Below, piece by piece: positions 21,709 through 32,629 of a DNA stretch of 64,000 nt. Positions within the stretch are counted from its first letter, which is position 1, and each line of letters starts with the position of its first letter. This stretch comes from an uncultured delta proteobacterium. Lineage in GTDB: Bacteria > Myxococcota > B64-G9. The stretch lies in contig CAVWHX010000004.1 of assembly GCA_963754925.1 (NCBI GenBank), positions 832,001 to 896,000 on the forward strand. Direction: 5' to 3'. A program made the position numbers and the translations under genes. The notes under the pieces were generated by a model, which had not been told where the DNA came from, did not search any database, and worked only from the letters and a program-made list of their open reading frames with translations.

Positions 21709-22146
21709 ATGCCCCCATCTCTCATACGGGATACTCCGCGCGTCGGTCCTTTGATATGGATTCTGCTTTCGGCATTCCTGTTACCGCCAGCGTTGGTAAC
21801 CTTTGTTGGAGCGACCAGCAATCCGCTCCCTCACCAAACGTTGTGGGTGATACTGCTGGGATGCCCGATTCCGTTGATCCTTGTTAGTCTTCCAAGAGAA
21901 TATCGGCTTGACGATACCACGCTCCATATTCGCGGATGGCTCTACCACCTGAGAATTGCACGAGCGGAGATCCTCTCGGTGCAACATATTACCGCATGGA
22001 AAGCGCTGATCCACCCTCGTTCAATGTGTTGCTCTGACCCAGCCAAAGCCCTGCTCATCACCTACACCGTCAACCAGGGGGAACGGCAGAAGTCGCTGGT
22101 CATCAGCCCTCAAAATCCAGCACCATTTCTATCGATTAAAGTTTAA
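21709..22146 (+). CDS. Small membrane protein with probable bacterial PH domain
   Basis: Two TM segments, then YRLDDTTLHIR...LVISPQNP. Confidence 0.6.
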   Translation: MPPSLIRDTPRVGPLIWILLSAFLLPPALVTFVGATSNPLPHQTLWVILLGCPIPLILVSLPREYRLDDTTLHIRGWLYHLRIARAEILSVQHITAWKALIHPRSMCCSDPAKALLITYTVNQGERQKSLVISPQNPAPFLSIKV

Positions 22147-22834
22147 ACAGATCATCAGAAATTTTAGTGGTGGTGTTTATATCGATACTCTCGCAGTGCT
22201 CAAAAATTTTCCCGTCCCGACTAATCTCGATCTCAGATGGAAAGTGGTCCCCGCCCAACCGTCCACCCCAGCCAAACCAACCAATATCGACGAGCGATCT
22301 CCCATCGGGAACAAACAGTCGTAACGGCAGAAATGAATCTTTGTCGATCCAGAGCTGCGGCCGATCCCGCTCCCATTCCTTGGCGCCGATGACATAGGCC
22401 ACTCTCCCATGGAAGCGGGCGAGGGTGGTTTCTTTCATGTTCACCTTGAGGCCGGCAAGGACGCTTTGGTAGAGCTCCTTTGACGGTTTCTCGGCAACAA
22501 ACACGTACTGAAGATAGGTCCACTCGGAAAGCGCGATTGCCGCTGCCGTCCCTCGTCGCTGCCAACATTTTTCAGCCCGGCAAATCTCAACCACATCGGG
22601 TCCGCGCTCGCGTCGCACCATCCCGGGCACCTTGATGAACCATCGCTCTTCGTGGGAGTCGGCAGCACCTGCCGATTGGCAGCGCAGAGTCAACTGTGCG
22701 CGGTTGACGGTCTGCTGGGCGCGAATACGGGTAAATTTATCGAGAATAAGCGCTACTGTCGAAACAGGCGCAATCGTAGGCCCGACAAAAAACCCCAGGA
22801 AAAATACGAGAACGACATGAGTAATTTTTACCAT
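22136..22834 (-). CDS. Hypothetical exported protein (possibly LolA-like fold)
   Basis: Signal-like N-terminus; PQLWIDKDSFLPLR and terminal DDLFKL pattern. Confidence 0.55.
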   Translation of the reverse strand: MVKITHVVLVFFLGFFVGPTIAPVSTVALILDKFTRIRAQQTVNRAQLTLRCQSAGAADSHEERWFIKVPGMVRRERGPDVVEICRAEKCWQRRGTAAAIALSEWTYLQYVFVAEKPSKELYQSVLAGLKVNMKETTLARFHGRVAYVIGAKEWERDRPQLWIDKDSFLPLRLFVPDGRSLVDIGWFGWGGRLGGDHFPSEIEISRDGKIFEHCESIDINTTTKISDDLFKL

Positions 22835-22926
22835 TGGTTAACGTCAATATACCATCAAACGTTGCCAAAAAGTACCAATGAGATTTTCGAGATCGCTGTA
22901 TCTGGTTATACCAACGTAGTTTTTGC

Positions 22927-24378
22927 CTAACCCGCCAGGTCCGCAACCAGCGCCTTTAAGGCATGGTAAAATCGTTCGACCGAATCGATCTTCACCCGTT
23001 CGGACGGCGAGTGCGGATGCTCGATCTGCGGCCCCATAGAGATCATGTCCATGTCTTTGAGCCGTTCACCGATAATGCCGCACTCCAAACCGGCGTGAAT
23101 CGCCTTGACGGCCGGCTCCTCGCCGGTCGTATCAACGAAAACCTTTCGCGCTCGCGCAAGCAAGGCGGAATCGAGATTCGGCTGCCAGCCCGGGTAACCG
23201 TCCTTGTCGATGGTTTCGGCGCCGTGGCCGCGAGCCAACGCCACGATGGATGCCTGAATTCGCGAAAGCGAAGGCATTACCGAGCTGCGGCTGCTTTCGT
23301 ATAACAAGCCGGAAGCTTTCTCCAACCGGACTACCGCCAAATTGGTGGAACTTTCTACCAATCCGGGGATGGTCTGACTCATCGCCAACAATCCATGCGG
23401 CATCGACAGGATGAGGTTAATGAACCGATCGCGATCCTTTTTCGTAAGCGGCGCTCTCCTCGTTGCCTGTTTTGAAAGATCGAGTTTCAGCCCCGGGTCC
23501 GTCTTGCCGAACATGGCATTGAGATCGGGGATAAAAGCATCGCGTACGGCGGCGGCTTTTTCTCGGCCTCCCTGGGGAACAAGCAGGGTGGCGGTCGCTT
23601 CGCGCGGGATGGCATTGTGCTTGTCGCCACCTCTGAAATCAACTAATCCAAATGCTACCTCAGACCTCAGCCGATCGAGGTACCACGCCAGTATCTGCAC
23701 GGCGTTGCCTCGCCCCAAACTGATATCTATGCCGGAGTGCCCGCCCTTAAGACCCCCGATTTTTACCTGGAGACCCTCGCCCGCCGCCTTCGCCCACCTA
23801 ACGGGTAGGGTGATTTGGGTATCCACCCCGCCGGCACAGCCGACGTAGATGACGCCGTCCTCTTCCGAATCGAGGTTGACGAGAATTTTCCCGCTCACGA
23901 AATCGGTCGCGAGAGCTTTAGCGCCATCGAGCCCGATTTCTTCCGATACGGTAAAAAGCAGCTCAAGCGGGCCGTGCGGATCACTGGTATCGTCAAGAAA
24001 GGCAAGGGCGGCTGCCACCCCGATGCCGTTATCGGCGCCGAGGGTGGTGCCCTGGGCGCCAATCCAATCTCCCGCGCGCACCACGTTAATCTGATCCTTC
24101 TTGAAGTCGTGGTGGGAATCCGAATCCTTCTCGCCGACCATGTCGAGATGACTTTGCAACACAACCACCGGTGCGCGCTCCTTGCCGGGAGAGCTCGGTA
24201 CCCGAACTACCACATTACCAGCGCCATCCTGCAGAGCGCTCCGGCCCTTGGATCTGGCGCGATCGAGCACAAAACGCGCGGCAGCGGCCTCGTTGCCCGA
24301 GCAGCGTGGAATCTTCGTCAGTGACTCAAAGTAGCTCCAGAGGATCTCTGGCTTCAACCCATAGAACGGAGAAGTCAT
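22927..24378 (-). CDS. pepD: Aminoacyl-histidine dipeptidase (M20C)
   Basis: QSHLDMV, TTLGADNGIG, EEIG, NLDSEE, GGHSG, HAGLECG, HSPSE. Confidence 0.96.
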   Translation of the reverse strand: MTSPFYGLKPEILWSYFESLTKIPRCSGNEAAAARFVLDRARSKGRSALQDGAGNVVVRVPSSPGKERAPVVVLQSHLDMVGEKDSDSHHDFKKDQINVVRAGDWIGAQGTTLGADNGIGVAAALAFLDDTSDPHGPLELLFTVSEEIGLDGAKALATDFVSGKILVNLDSEEDGVIYVGCAGGVDTQITLPVRWAKAAGEGLQVKIGGLKGGHSGIDISLGRGNAVQILAWYLDRLRSEVAFGLVDFRGGDKHNAIPREATATLLVPQGGREKAAAVRDAFIPDLNAMFGKTDPGLKLDLSKQATRRAPLTKKDRDRFINLILSMPHGLLAMSQTIPGLVESSTNLAVVRLEKASGLLYESSRSSVMPSLSRIQASIVALARGHGAETIDKDGYPGWQPNLDSALLARARKVFVDTTGEEPAVKAIHAGLECGIIGERLKDMDMISMGPQIEHPHSPSERVKIDSVERFYHALKALVADLAG

Positions 24379-24725
24379 GGAAATGTCCCCTTGTAAGATG
24401 TTGTGTTGCTCATCCAACCCTTTTCACGTGGGGATGTCAAGGGTACACAAGATCCGCTCCCGAACCATTCCACGGCCTTTGGTAATATCTCAGTTTGCCA
24501 GAGGGTTACGGGTGTTCGGCAGGCGACCGTCTACACCCAGGTCTCATTTACGCTTTGAATGCTGAACTGTTAGGCGGTTAATATGTTTCGGTCGCGTGTC
24601 GTTCGACGAATACCCGTAAGCCTCAAATTGAATCACTACCTGTCCTTTTCCAACCTTGACAATTCCAGAATATTCATGATACCAAACGAACACATAACTG
24701 CCTAAGACATTGGAAAGTATATTCC

Positions 24726-25493
24726 GTGCTCAAGATCCTCAATTTCGGCGAAACACACGTGGGCATGAAGCGGGCCCACAATGAGGATTCCTTTCTAAAT
24801 TTTCCCGATGAAAATCTATTTGTCGTCGCGGATGGTATGGGCGGTCATAGCTCGGGAGAAATCGCCAGCCAAATGGCGGTGGAAGCAATCTCCAATTTCT
24901 TTAAGGCTACCCGGCAAGACGAGGAAATCACCTGGCCCTATAAGATTGATAAAAACCGGCCTCTTGACGAAAACCGTTTCATCATGTCCATCAAGCTCGC
25001 CAACCTGCGCATCCACGAAGCCGCCCAACGCGAGGCGCGCTACCGCGGCATGGGCACCACTATCGCCGGGACCAACTTCGTTGATGACCATGTGCTGGTA
25101 GCCCATGTGGGTGACTCACGCGTGTACCTCATCCGCAAGGGGCACATCACGCAAATCACCGAAGACCACTCCTTGCTCAACGACTTCATCAAGGCTCATA
25201 AGCTCACCCCCGAAGAAATCGCCAACTTTCCTCACAAGAACGTGATTGTTCGGGCGCTGGGAATGAAGGACACGATACTGGTCGATCTGAGTCGCCACAA
25301 GATCCTGCCCGAGGATGTTTATCTCATGTGTTCCGATGGGCTTTCCGGGATGGTCAGCGACAAACAGATTTGCGAAGTCATTCAGCAAACCCCGGATCTT
25401 CCACAAGCCGCAAAGACCTTGATAGAAATGGCAAATCGAGCCGGCGGCGTTGATAATATTACCTGTTTACTAACGAAAATTGAGTCGGTTTAA
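24726..25493 (+). CDS. PP2C-family Ser/Thr phosphatase
   Basis: NEDS, VADGMGGH, MGTT, HVGDSR, SDGL, GGVDNIT. Confidence 0.95.
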   Translation: MLKILNFGETHVGMKRAHNEDSFLNFPDENLFVVADGMGGHSSGEIASQMAVEAISNFFKATRQDEEITWPYKIDKNRPLDENRFIMSIKLANLRIHEAAQREARYRGMGTTIAGTNFVDDHVLVAHVGDSRVYLIRKGHITQITEDHSLLNDFIKAHKLTPEEIANFPHKNVIVRALGMKDTILVDLSRHKILPEDVYLMCSDGLSGMVSDKQICEVIQQTPDLPQAAKTLIEMANRAGGVDNITCLLTKIESV

Positions 25494-26455
25494 GACACGA
25501 CCACGGTATGCCCTAACGCTACTATTGCAGACTCGATATGCGCCTGAGGTTTGATCTCCACCCCCGGCCACAGCACGCTGCGGGCTACCGTCGCTCCCTT
25601 TCCGATTCGACAGCGATCGCCAATTGCCACTTCGGGCCCAAGCCTTACTTCGTCATCAATGAAAACGTCCTGTCCAACCAACACCCCGCTTTTGCCCTGA
25701 AGGGAAGGTGAGGGGAGCTGGGAGAACTGCGCTCGCCCCGAGAGGATTGACCGATTGGCCTCGAGGTATGTTGCCGGGGTGCCGGTATCGAACCACGCCC
25801 CCTGGTCGACAAACGCCGCTACCGGAAGACCCTTTCTGAGCATGCTGACATAGCCGATATCGTTGATGCAGGCGAACCCATCTGAAGGTAAGAATTCGAA
25901 GATGACCGGCGAGAGCACGTGCACCCCCACGAACATACAGGTTCTGACGGCACCCTGCGCCGGCCGATGAACCCCCTTGAAATCGACCACAAACCCGGCC
26001 TCATCGTAGGCAAGCGGCGTGTAACCAGCGCCCGCTGAGAGCGAACGTACGACCATTGTGGCGACCGCGCCCTGACGTTTATGGAACTGCAACAACGCAG
26101 CGAGATCGACGCCGGTAAGCATATCGCCGTTGAAAAGAAAAAACGTCTCTTCATTGAAAAACGGCCGCGCCCGGACAACACCGCCGCCGGTCCCCAGGAT
26201 GACCTCTTCACGCGAAAACTGCAGGCGGACCCCGCACTGCGCGGCGCCGAGCGTTTGTTCGATCATGGCGGCATGATGGTGCACGTTCACTATCGCCTCA
26301 CGCACACCATATCGCGAAAGCAAGGCGAGGCTGTAATGAATCAAGGGACGGTTCGCAACCGGCATGAGAGGTTTGGGCATACGATCGGCAAGCGGTCCTA
26401 ACCGGGCTCCAAATCCGGCTGCCAGCACCATGGCGCGCGGAGAGATTTCGCTCAC
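25490..26455 (-). CDS. Sugar-phosphate nucleotidyltransferase (MurU-like, with C-terminal hexapeptide region)
   Basis: MVLAAGFGARL..PKPL, LGTGGG, NGD, WFDTGT; overlaps the stop of the upstream kinase. Confidence 0.88.
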   Translation of the reverse strand: MSEISPRAMVLAAGFGARLGPLADRMPKPLMPVANRPLIHYSLALLSRYGVREAIVNVHHHAAMIEQTLGAAQCGVRLQFSREEVILGTGGGVVRARPFFNEETFFLFNGDMLTGVDLAALLQFHKRQGAVATMVVRSLSAGAGYTPLAYDEAGFVVDFKGVHRPAQGAVRTCMFVGVHVLSPVIFEFLPSDGFACINDIGYVSMLRKGLPVAAFVDQGAWFDTGTPATYLEANRSILSGRAQFSQLPSPSLQGKSGVLVGQDVFIDDEVRLGPEVAIGDRCRIGKGATVARSVLWPGVEIKPQAHIESAIVALGHTVVVS

Positions 26456-27522
26456 CGGGCAAGCTCCGGCACCGCTGTACCGAGTATCTCCTGCAGGCGG
26501 GAAAGCTCGGGCAAGCGCATCAAGGCCTCACGCACGTAGGCCAGCGAGGTCGGAATATTGGGCAAGAACGACGGGTTTTTCTTGACCCGATCAATGAAAA
26601 CAAACCGCCCCGCATCCTTCAGCTTGCGCTGGACCGTCTGGAGATCGACGTGGCGCCGAAAGTCATCTTTCTCGGCACGCGGCAAATCAACGCGGCGGCA
26701 CAACGCCCGGTAGTGATCGATGAGATCCTCCACCCGCTGGGGCGAAAGGACAACATAGGAATCGCGCAGGAGCGCTACCAGGTCGTACATAACCGGGCCA
26801 CACAGCGCGTCCTGGAAGTCAATCAACGCCAGCCCCTCCGGAACAATCATCAAGTTCCGGCTTTGAAAATCGCGGTGAACAAATACCCGCGGCAGGTTGG
26901 AAAGCTCCCGAGCAATGGCATCAAAGGCCGCGTCCACTGCCGAACGCTCGGCTGTCGAAAACTGCACCCCGCGATCAATCTCCACCAGATACTCGCGAAA
27001 ATGGTCAAGCTCCCAGCGCATGAGATCAAAATCAAATGCGCGGGTATACGCCAGGCACTTCGGATTCGGGTTTCGGGCTGTAGCCGCCTGCAATCCAACC
27101 AGCACCTCAATTGCCCGCGCATACCAGACATCCACGGCTCGCTCGCCGTGCTCGGCTATTTCCCGTGCTAACGTTATAGTTCCGAGGTCTTCAAGGAGGA
27201 TCACACCCAGGCTCTCATCGATATGCAAAATGTCAGGCACCCGGACGCCGATACCTGCCAAGTAACGTTGGAGATTAATAAAGGGTAGTTCTTGCGGGGC
27301 CGGTCCTTTCATAACTTCTTCCGAAAAACGCGCCTGCTCCGGGGCAAGCAGCATCGCCACCAGGCTCTTTTTCAAAGCGCCGCCGCGCACGCGTACGTAG
27401 CGGCGGGCTGAAGCGTCCCCATGCAACAACGTTAATTCAAGCCCATCAACTGAAATTCCCTGGAGGTAGTTCTTCAGGGCGGTATCAACTCTGGTTTTTA
27501 TGTCATCCACGTCGGCTACCAT
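26452..27522 (-). CDS. APH-family phosphotransferase (AmgK-like)
   Basis: GDASARRY, LLEDLG, HRDFQSRNL, IDFQDA, YDLVALLRD; adjacent to the nucleotidyltransferase; start uncertain. Confidence 0.88.
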   Translation of the reverse strand: MVADVDDIKTRVDTALKNYLQGISVDGLELTLLHGDASARRYVRVRGGALKKSLVAMLLAPEQARFSEEVMKGPAPQELPFINLQRYLAGIGVRVPDILHIDESLGVILLEDLGTITLAREIAEHGERAVDVWYARAIEVLVGLQAATARNPNPKCLAYTRAFDFDLMRWELDHFREYLVEIDRGVQFSTAERSAVDAAFDAIARELSNLPRVFVHRDFQSRNLMIVPEGLALIDFQDALCGPVMYDLVALLRDSYVVLSPQRVEDLIDHYRALCRRVDLPRAEKDDFRRHVDLQTVQRKLKDAGRFVFIDRVKKNPSFLPNIPTSLAYVREALMRLPELSRLQEILGTAVPELAR

Positions 27523-27583
27523 ACCGCCGGGAGGACGAAGGGTCAACATCCCGCCAACAAGAGTATGGTAAAAGTCTCTGGAT

Positions 27584-27663
27584 GTCATTCCCGCGGAAGC
27601 AGGAATCCAGTAATAGCTAATTTAGATTCCCGCGCAGGCGGCGTGCGGCTTGGCTGGAATCCA
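27584..27663. repeat. REP-like element of the ATTCCC-N8-GGGAAT type (degenerate doublet)
   Basis: GTCATTCCCGCGGAAGCAGGAATCCAG...TAGATTCCCGCGCAGGCGG. Confidence 0.6.
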
Positions 27664-27698
27664 ATCATGAGCCTATCACACTCCGCGGGCAAAAAACC

Positions 27699-27728
27699 TT
27701 GACAGTTTTTGCAACCGGATGCTAGGTT
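27699..27728 (+). promoter_or_regulatory. Putative sigma70 promoter
   Basis: TTGACA-N18 with extended -10 TGcTAGGTT, upstream of 27782. Confidence 0.45.
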
Positions 27729-27781
27729 CCTGCAAACAAAGAGGTTTGTGTCCTTTCTTTGGATGATTCAAAGGGATCGGT

Positions 27782-28657
27782 ATGAAAATCCAGCCTCTGG
27801 TCACTGCATCATTCGGGGTATTGGTGTGTTTTGTTGACGTACCAGCTTCGGCTGGCCGCTATGACATAATCCTCGGACGACTCTGCACAACAGACAGCAA
27901 TAATCAGGTTACCTGCTCTCAGGAAAAGTTTGAAAACCTGATGACCGAGCTTGGGCTCATTATCGCTCCGGTTTTTCTGGCGCCTGCCGAGACATTGGGG
28001 CTTACGGGGTTTGAGTTCTCTCTGGAAGGCACGGTTGCTCCGATCCATAACACCAGAAATTATTGGAAGGGGAAAATATACCCAACCGACAGCGACGAGA
28101 ATATGGTCAGCGTCTCCGAGGGCAAGCCACAATCGTTGATATTCGTTCCCCGTCTCCATATTCGCAAAGGCCTGCCGTTGAGCTTCGAGATCGGCGCCCA
28201 ACTTTCTTATTTTCCAGAGAGCGAAATGTTTACGATTGGGGCAGAGGTCAAATGGGCCTTCAATGAAGGATTACACTACGTCCCTGATTTTGCAGTGCGT
28301 ATCTCAATGAACCACATGATTGGGCCAGAGGATTTCGAGCTGAGCACCGGCGGGTGGGATATATCCATCTCCAAAGCATTTGGGCTTGGCGGCACAATGT
28401 CGTTGACACCCTATGCCGGCTATAACATGCTTTTCATTGACGCCACCGCGCACACGGTGTTGGTATTAGCCGATCCGAACCTATCCAGCGAGGTGAACAA
28501 GCCCTGGGTTTTCAATAGGATGAAATGGACGGACAACATGCACCACCGTTTTTTCATCGGCTGTCGCTTGATAACCTATATTTTTCAATTTGTGGTTGAG
28601 GGCGATTTCTCCAAGGAGACCAGCCTGTTCAATCTTAAAATCGGCTTTGATTATTGA
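27782..28657 (+). CDS. Exported hypothetical protein, probable outer-membrane beta-barrel
   Basis: Signal peptide (ASA), amphipathic strands, terminal LKIGFDY. Confidence 0.7.
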   Translation: MKIQPLVTASFGVLVCFVDVPASAGRYDIILGRLCTTDSNNQVTCSQEKFENLMTELGLIIAPVFLAPAETLGLTGFEFSLEGTVAPIHNTRNYWKGKIYPTDSDENMVSVSEGKPQSLIFVPRLHIRKGLPLSFEIGAQLSYFPESEMFTIGAEVKWAFNEGLHYVPDFAVRISMNHMIGPEDFELSTGGWDISISKAFGLGGTMSLTPYAGYNMLFIDATAHTVLVLADPNLSSEVNKPWVFNRMKWTDNMHHRFFIGCRLITYIFQFVVEGDFSKETSLFNLKIGFDY

Positions 28658-28669
28658 AGGATTGCTGGA

Positions 28670-28849
28670 ATGCCCGGCATTGCTGACCTATTGCTGATAC
28701 TTTTTGTTGTATTTTTGATCTTCGGCGCTTCTAAGCTGCCGGCGATCGCGACCGCTATGGGTAAAACGATCCTTAATCTGCGCCACAAGAATAATAAGAA
28801 TCAAACACTCAACAACGAACGGCCGTCACGTTCAAAGCCATCGACTTAA
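28670..28849 (+). CDS. tatA: TatA/TatE family subunit (59 aa, below the ORF-track cutoff)
   Basis: MPGIADLLLILFVVFLIFGASKLPAIATAMGKTI: TM helix, FG hinge, KLP amphipathic helix. Confidence 0.85.
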   Translation: MPGIADLLLILFVVFLIFGASKLPAIATAMGKTILNLRHKNNKNQTLNNERPSRSKPST

Positions 28850-30392
28850 TCCTTCACTATCGATGGCACAACCCTCGCGGTTATTTCTCCCGCTGTATCG
28901 GGGTGGTCATACGTAACAATCATAAAGGGAAGCGAACCGCCCGGAGGCAACTCTTTCCCTGCCAATCCCTGGAGTTTTTTCTGATACTCGGCGGCCACCA
29001 GCGTCGCGTCTCCCATCTGATATATCTCGCCCGGGGTAAATACCACGCCGGCCGGAACTGCATACTCTCCCAGCATCTGGCCCTTAGCCGAGAGCAGCCG
29101 GCCGGTTAGCAGTACGCGCGCGACCGATTCTTTCGATGCATTGTGAACCTCGCCCCACACGAGCAATAGCTCATGGCCATTGAGGTTTCGATAGGTCGAG
29201 GTGGCAATTTTTTTTACCTGTAAATCACCGTTGGCCTGGCTGAGCTTTGCCGAACTCGAAAAAGCTCCAACGTACGTGGACCAGCTGGTCAGATCCGGTT
29301 TGCCGCCGCTCCGATAGATAATAAATACCAACAACAGTCCCACCAACGCCAAAACACTAAACCCAATCCTATACCACCAGAGCAGCTCTGGGGACTGTTT
29401 TGGAGCAGTCAGCGCTTGATCTATCGATGGGAGCGGAGCCGATGGTGCCACCGCCGGCCATTGCTCCTTGGGGAGACTCACTCGCTCAACCAGGTGAGAA
29501 GGTACTGGGGTCGTTTCAGGCTTGCTTCCGGTCATCGGGTCGTGGTCGTCTATGTCCAGCGCCAGCTCCGATCCAGCTTCGACCGGCGCCGACGAGTACC
29601 CTTCCAGATCGGCAAACGGATCGTTGCCAACAAAAACCCCTCCGTCCCCTTTTTGGAATGCCGGTTGGGGCGCGGCGGAAGACCCATTCGGTTTCGCTGG
29701 CAGAGGCGGCGGCTCCGCCGGTTTCGGTGGCACGGGGGGAGCTTCGGATCCTACCCGCACATCAAAATCCATAGGCGCGAAAGGATCTGCACCAGGCAAT
29801 GAACGCGGAGCAGCGACCGATGTATCAAACACCGGCCGCAACGCGTTCGCATCGAACGCGGTTTTAGTCCCTTTTGGCGCCGAAACCTGTTGATTGGGGG
29901 ACTCACCAAAAGAAATCTTAGGGAACGAGGTGGTTATCGGCACAGCCGGCGACGACGGAAGGGCGTGAAAGAGATCATCTTGGGACCGGGGCGCTGGCAC
30001 GGGTGAAATATTTGGCAGATCTTTGTTGAACAACGACAACGGCGCATCAGAATCCAGATCGATCTGGTCAACCATTCGCTGATCGATCTTGTCGGGCACA
30101 TCCGATAGCTGAAAGTCCTCGGGACGAAACGACGGAGGCCAAGAACTGTCTTTCTTGATTGGCTTCGATTCCACCGGGGAACCAAAACCGCGGTCCCCCC
30201 CGGCGGTTGCGGCAGTGGTCGCTCGGTATTCGGCATCCGCGTAGGCGACGCCTGCGCCGGTGGTTCGGTTGCGGCCCGTACCACCGTAAAAATGTGCTTG
30301 CACTTGGAGCACCGCACCCTTACCCCGGCCGGGGTGATCTTGTCGTCCGAAACCTTAAACTTTGTCTTACACTGCCCGCACTCGACAATCAT
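28846..30392 (-). CDS. Zinc-ribbon (MJ0042-finger-like) membrane protein with Pro-rich linker and DUF3426-like C-terminus; frameshift probably at the G7 run
   Basis: MIVECGQCKTKF...VRCSKCKHIF in one frame; linker, TM and C-terminal domain in 28846..30312. One extra G at 30195-30201 joins them. Confidence 0.78.
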
Positions 30393-30564
30393 GCCCGTCC
30401 CTCTCAATCATATTGTATGTGCTTTCTAAAGGCCTGTCACGTACCAGTCCAACGAAAAAACCTCAACCCGAAGTTCACGGTGTTCTAAATCAGGGTCTCG
30501 CCTCTGCTGAGAAACATATAACTATAAGTAAAAAATAGAGTTAATAACTTTTCGGGCAAGCCCT

Positions 30565-30593
30565 TTGACATCTCCTTCAACTGGGAATATAAG
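30565..30593 (+). promoter_or_regulatory. sigma70 promoter of the DUF47-PiT operon
   Basis: TTGACA-N17-TATAAG. Confidence 0.65.
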
Positions 30594-30621
30594 GCGGTCA
30601 GTTCATCACGGAGGTACACGC

Positions 30622-31251
30622 ATGTGGAGAAAGCTGACTCCCCGGGAATACGGCTTCTTCGATCTTTTCAACCGTCATGCAAACACCACTCTTGAAGGCA
30701 CGCGCCTCTTGGTGAACTTGGTTGAGAAATGGCCAAATGGGTCAAAAGAGATGTCCCGTATTGAAGAGCTTGAGCATGAATGCGACTCGATTACCCACAT
30801 GACCATCGATTTGCTCCATCGTACCTTCATTACGCCCCTTGATCGTGACGAGATCCACAATCTTATTTCTAAGCTCGACGACATCATGGACACCGTCGAG
30901 GTGGCCTCGCGAAGGATGCAGCTCTTCGGGATTCAATCATGTCCCGAGAAGTTAATAGAAATGGTGCGAGTCCTCAATCAGTCCACGGAACTGGTCGTCC
31001 AGGCGGTCAAACTTCTACAAAATCTTAAGCACACCGAGGAGCTCCGTGAGCTCTTCAAGGAGATTAATCGTTTGGAAAATGTCGGCGACTCGCTCTTTCA
31101 TGCGGCTCTGTTAGAGCTTTTTAAGAATAACGCCAATGATCCATTGACGTTGATCAAACTGAAGGAGATATTCGAGTCAATCGAGTGGGCTATCGATCGC
31201 TGCGAGGATGTAGCCAATACCGTAGAGGGGATCGTTCTGGAGCATTTTTAA
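30622..31251 (+). CDS. DUF47 / PhoU-like phosphate transport regulator
   Basis: RBS GGAGG; EHECD...TFITPLDRDEI...LDDIMD...ENVGD...DRCEDVAN. Confidence 0.92.
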   Translation: MWRKLTPREYGFFDLFNRHANTTLEGTRLLVNLVEKWPNGSKEMSRIEELEHECDSITHMTIDLLHRTFITPLDRDEIHNLISKLDDIMDTVEVASRRMQLFGIQSCPEKLIEMVRVLNQSTELVVQAVKLLQNLKHTEELRELFKEINRLENVGDSLFHAALLELFKNNANDPLTLIKLKEIFESIEWAIDRCEDVANTVEGIVLEHF

Positions 31252-32240
31252 TGAGCCCGCTCCTGGTTATCACCTTCGTCGCGGCACTGGCGTTTGACTT
31301 TGTCAACGGCTTTCACGATGCTGCGAATGCAATTGCTACCGTGGTTTCAACGCGGGTGCTCGGCCCGCGCACGGCGGTCGCGTGGGCCGCTTTCTTCAAT
31401 TTTGTTGCCGCGTTCACGTTTGGCGTGACCGTCGCCATGATGGTCGGCAAGGGGGTGGTGCACACCGAAGCGATCACGGTGGAAGTAATCCTCTCCGCCC
31501 TGATCGGCGCGATTGCCTGGAACCTCATCACCTGGTGGTTAGGGCTGCCGTCTTCCTCCTCGCACGCTTTGATTGGCGGCCTAGCCGGCGCCGCGCTTGC
31601 TTTTGGCGGGACCAGCCTGTTGATATTCGATGGACTTCTTAAGGTTGCCCTCTTTATCATCATTTCACCGTTGGTCGGATTTATTCTCGGCGCCCTGAAC
31701 CAGTTTGTTGTATTTAAGGTTGTCCGGCACGGCTCCCCGCGCCGGCTCAACCACGTGTTCAAGCGTCTGCAGCTGGTGTCGTCAGCAATCTACTCATTCT
31801 CACACGGAACCAATGACGCTCAAAAAACCATGGGCATTCTTTTCGCCCTCTTGGTAACCAGCGATTATCTCTCCATACATGACCATATGCCAATCTGGAT
31901 CATCTTTTTGTGTCATGCGGCTATTGCGCTGGGCACCCTGGCCGGGGGATTTCGCATTGTACGCACCATGGGGATGGGTTTGACCAAGCTTAACCCCATG
32001 CAGGGCTTTTGCGCCGAGACTGGCGGCGGAGTAACCATCTTGGCGGTCTCTGCCCTCGGTATCCCGGTCTCAACCACCCACACCATCGCTGGTGGGATCG
32101 TTGGCGTCGGCACCATGAATGGAATTCGCTCAGTACGTTGGATGTTAGCCGGCCGGATTGTGTGGGGATGGATCTTCACGGTTCCTTGTTCTGCCATCAT
32201 GGCAGCCTTGTTCTACTTCATGGTCGGTCAATATTTATAA
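31251..32240 (+). CDS. PiT-family inorganic phosphate transporter
   Basis: NGFHDAANAIAT, GLPSSSSHALIG, HGTNDAQK, PVSTTH; TAATG coupling with the upstream gene. Confidence 0.95.
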   Translation: MSPLLVITFVAALAFDFVNGFHDAANAIATVVSTRVLGPRTAVAWAAFFNFVAAFTFGVTVAMMVGKGVVHTEAITVEVILSALIGAIAWNLITWWLGLPSSSSHALIGGLAGAALAFGGTSLLIFDGLLKVALFIIISPLVGFILGALNQFVVFKVVRHGSPRRLNHVFKRLQLVSSAIYSFSHGTNDAQKTMGILFALLVTSDYLSIHDHMPIWIIFLCHAAIALGTLAGGFRIVRTMGMGLTKLNPMQGFCAETGGGVTILAVSALGIPVSTTHTIAGGIVGVGTMNGIRSVRWMLAGRIVWGWIFTVPCSAIMAALFYFMVGQYL

Positions 32241-32292
32241 GAGCTTGTTGCCGAGCACAGCGAGGCTTACAAGCTCTTATCCCTTTAGGGAT
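32238..32292. repeat. Modular palindromic repeat, family B, locus 3
   Basis: TAAGAGCTTGT-TGCCGAGCACAGCGAGGCTT-ACAAGCTCTTA then TCCCT-TT-AGGGA; contains the stop codons of both convergent genes. Confidence 0.78.
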
Positions 32293-32620
32293 GTAACTCA
32301 TTTATTTCAGGTTCCATCTGGATCGCGCCTTTGGGGCAAAACTGGGCGCACAGGCCGCAACCCTTGCAATAATTAAGATCTATTTGAATGCCCCCGGTTT
32401 CGGGATCGCGGGTAATGCACTGGTCCGGGCAGAGAAACTGGCACACCTCGCAATATGTGCAGATGTGCGCGGCCAGGCATCGTTGGGCCGCGACGGTTGT
32501 CTCCTCTACGCTGTAGCAACGCACCGCCTCTTTCCAATCCGAGAGGCGCTCGGGCTGTGGGCGCTCGCTTGGCGGAATTCCCCTCTCTCCCCAGGCAATG
32601 CAAACATCGCGCTTCACCAT
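32285..32620 (-). CDS. 2x[4Fe-4S] ferredoxin-like protein (delta-subunit-like)
   Basis: CTYCEVCQFLCP and YCKGCGLCAQFCP. Confidence 0.88.
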   Translation of the reverse strand: MVKRDVCIAWGERGIPPSERPQPERLSDWKEAVRCYSVEETTVAAQRCLAAHICTYCEVCQFLCPDQCITRDPETGGIQIDLNYCKGCGLCAQFCPKGAIQMEPEINELHP

Positions 32621-32629
32621 CTGTCCTCC

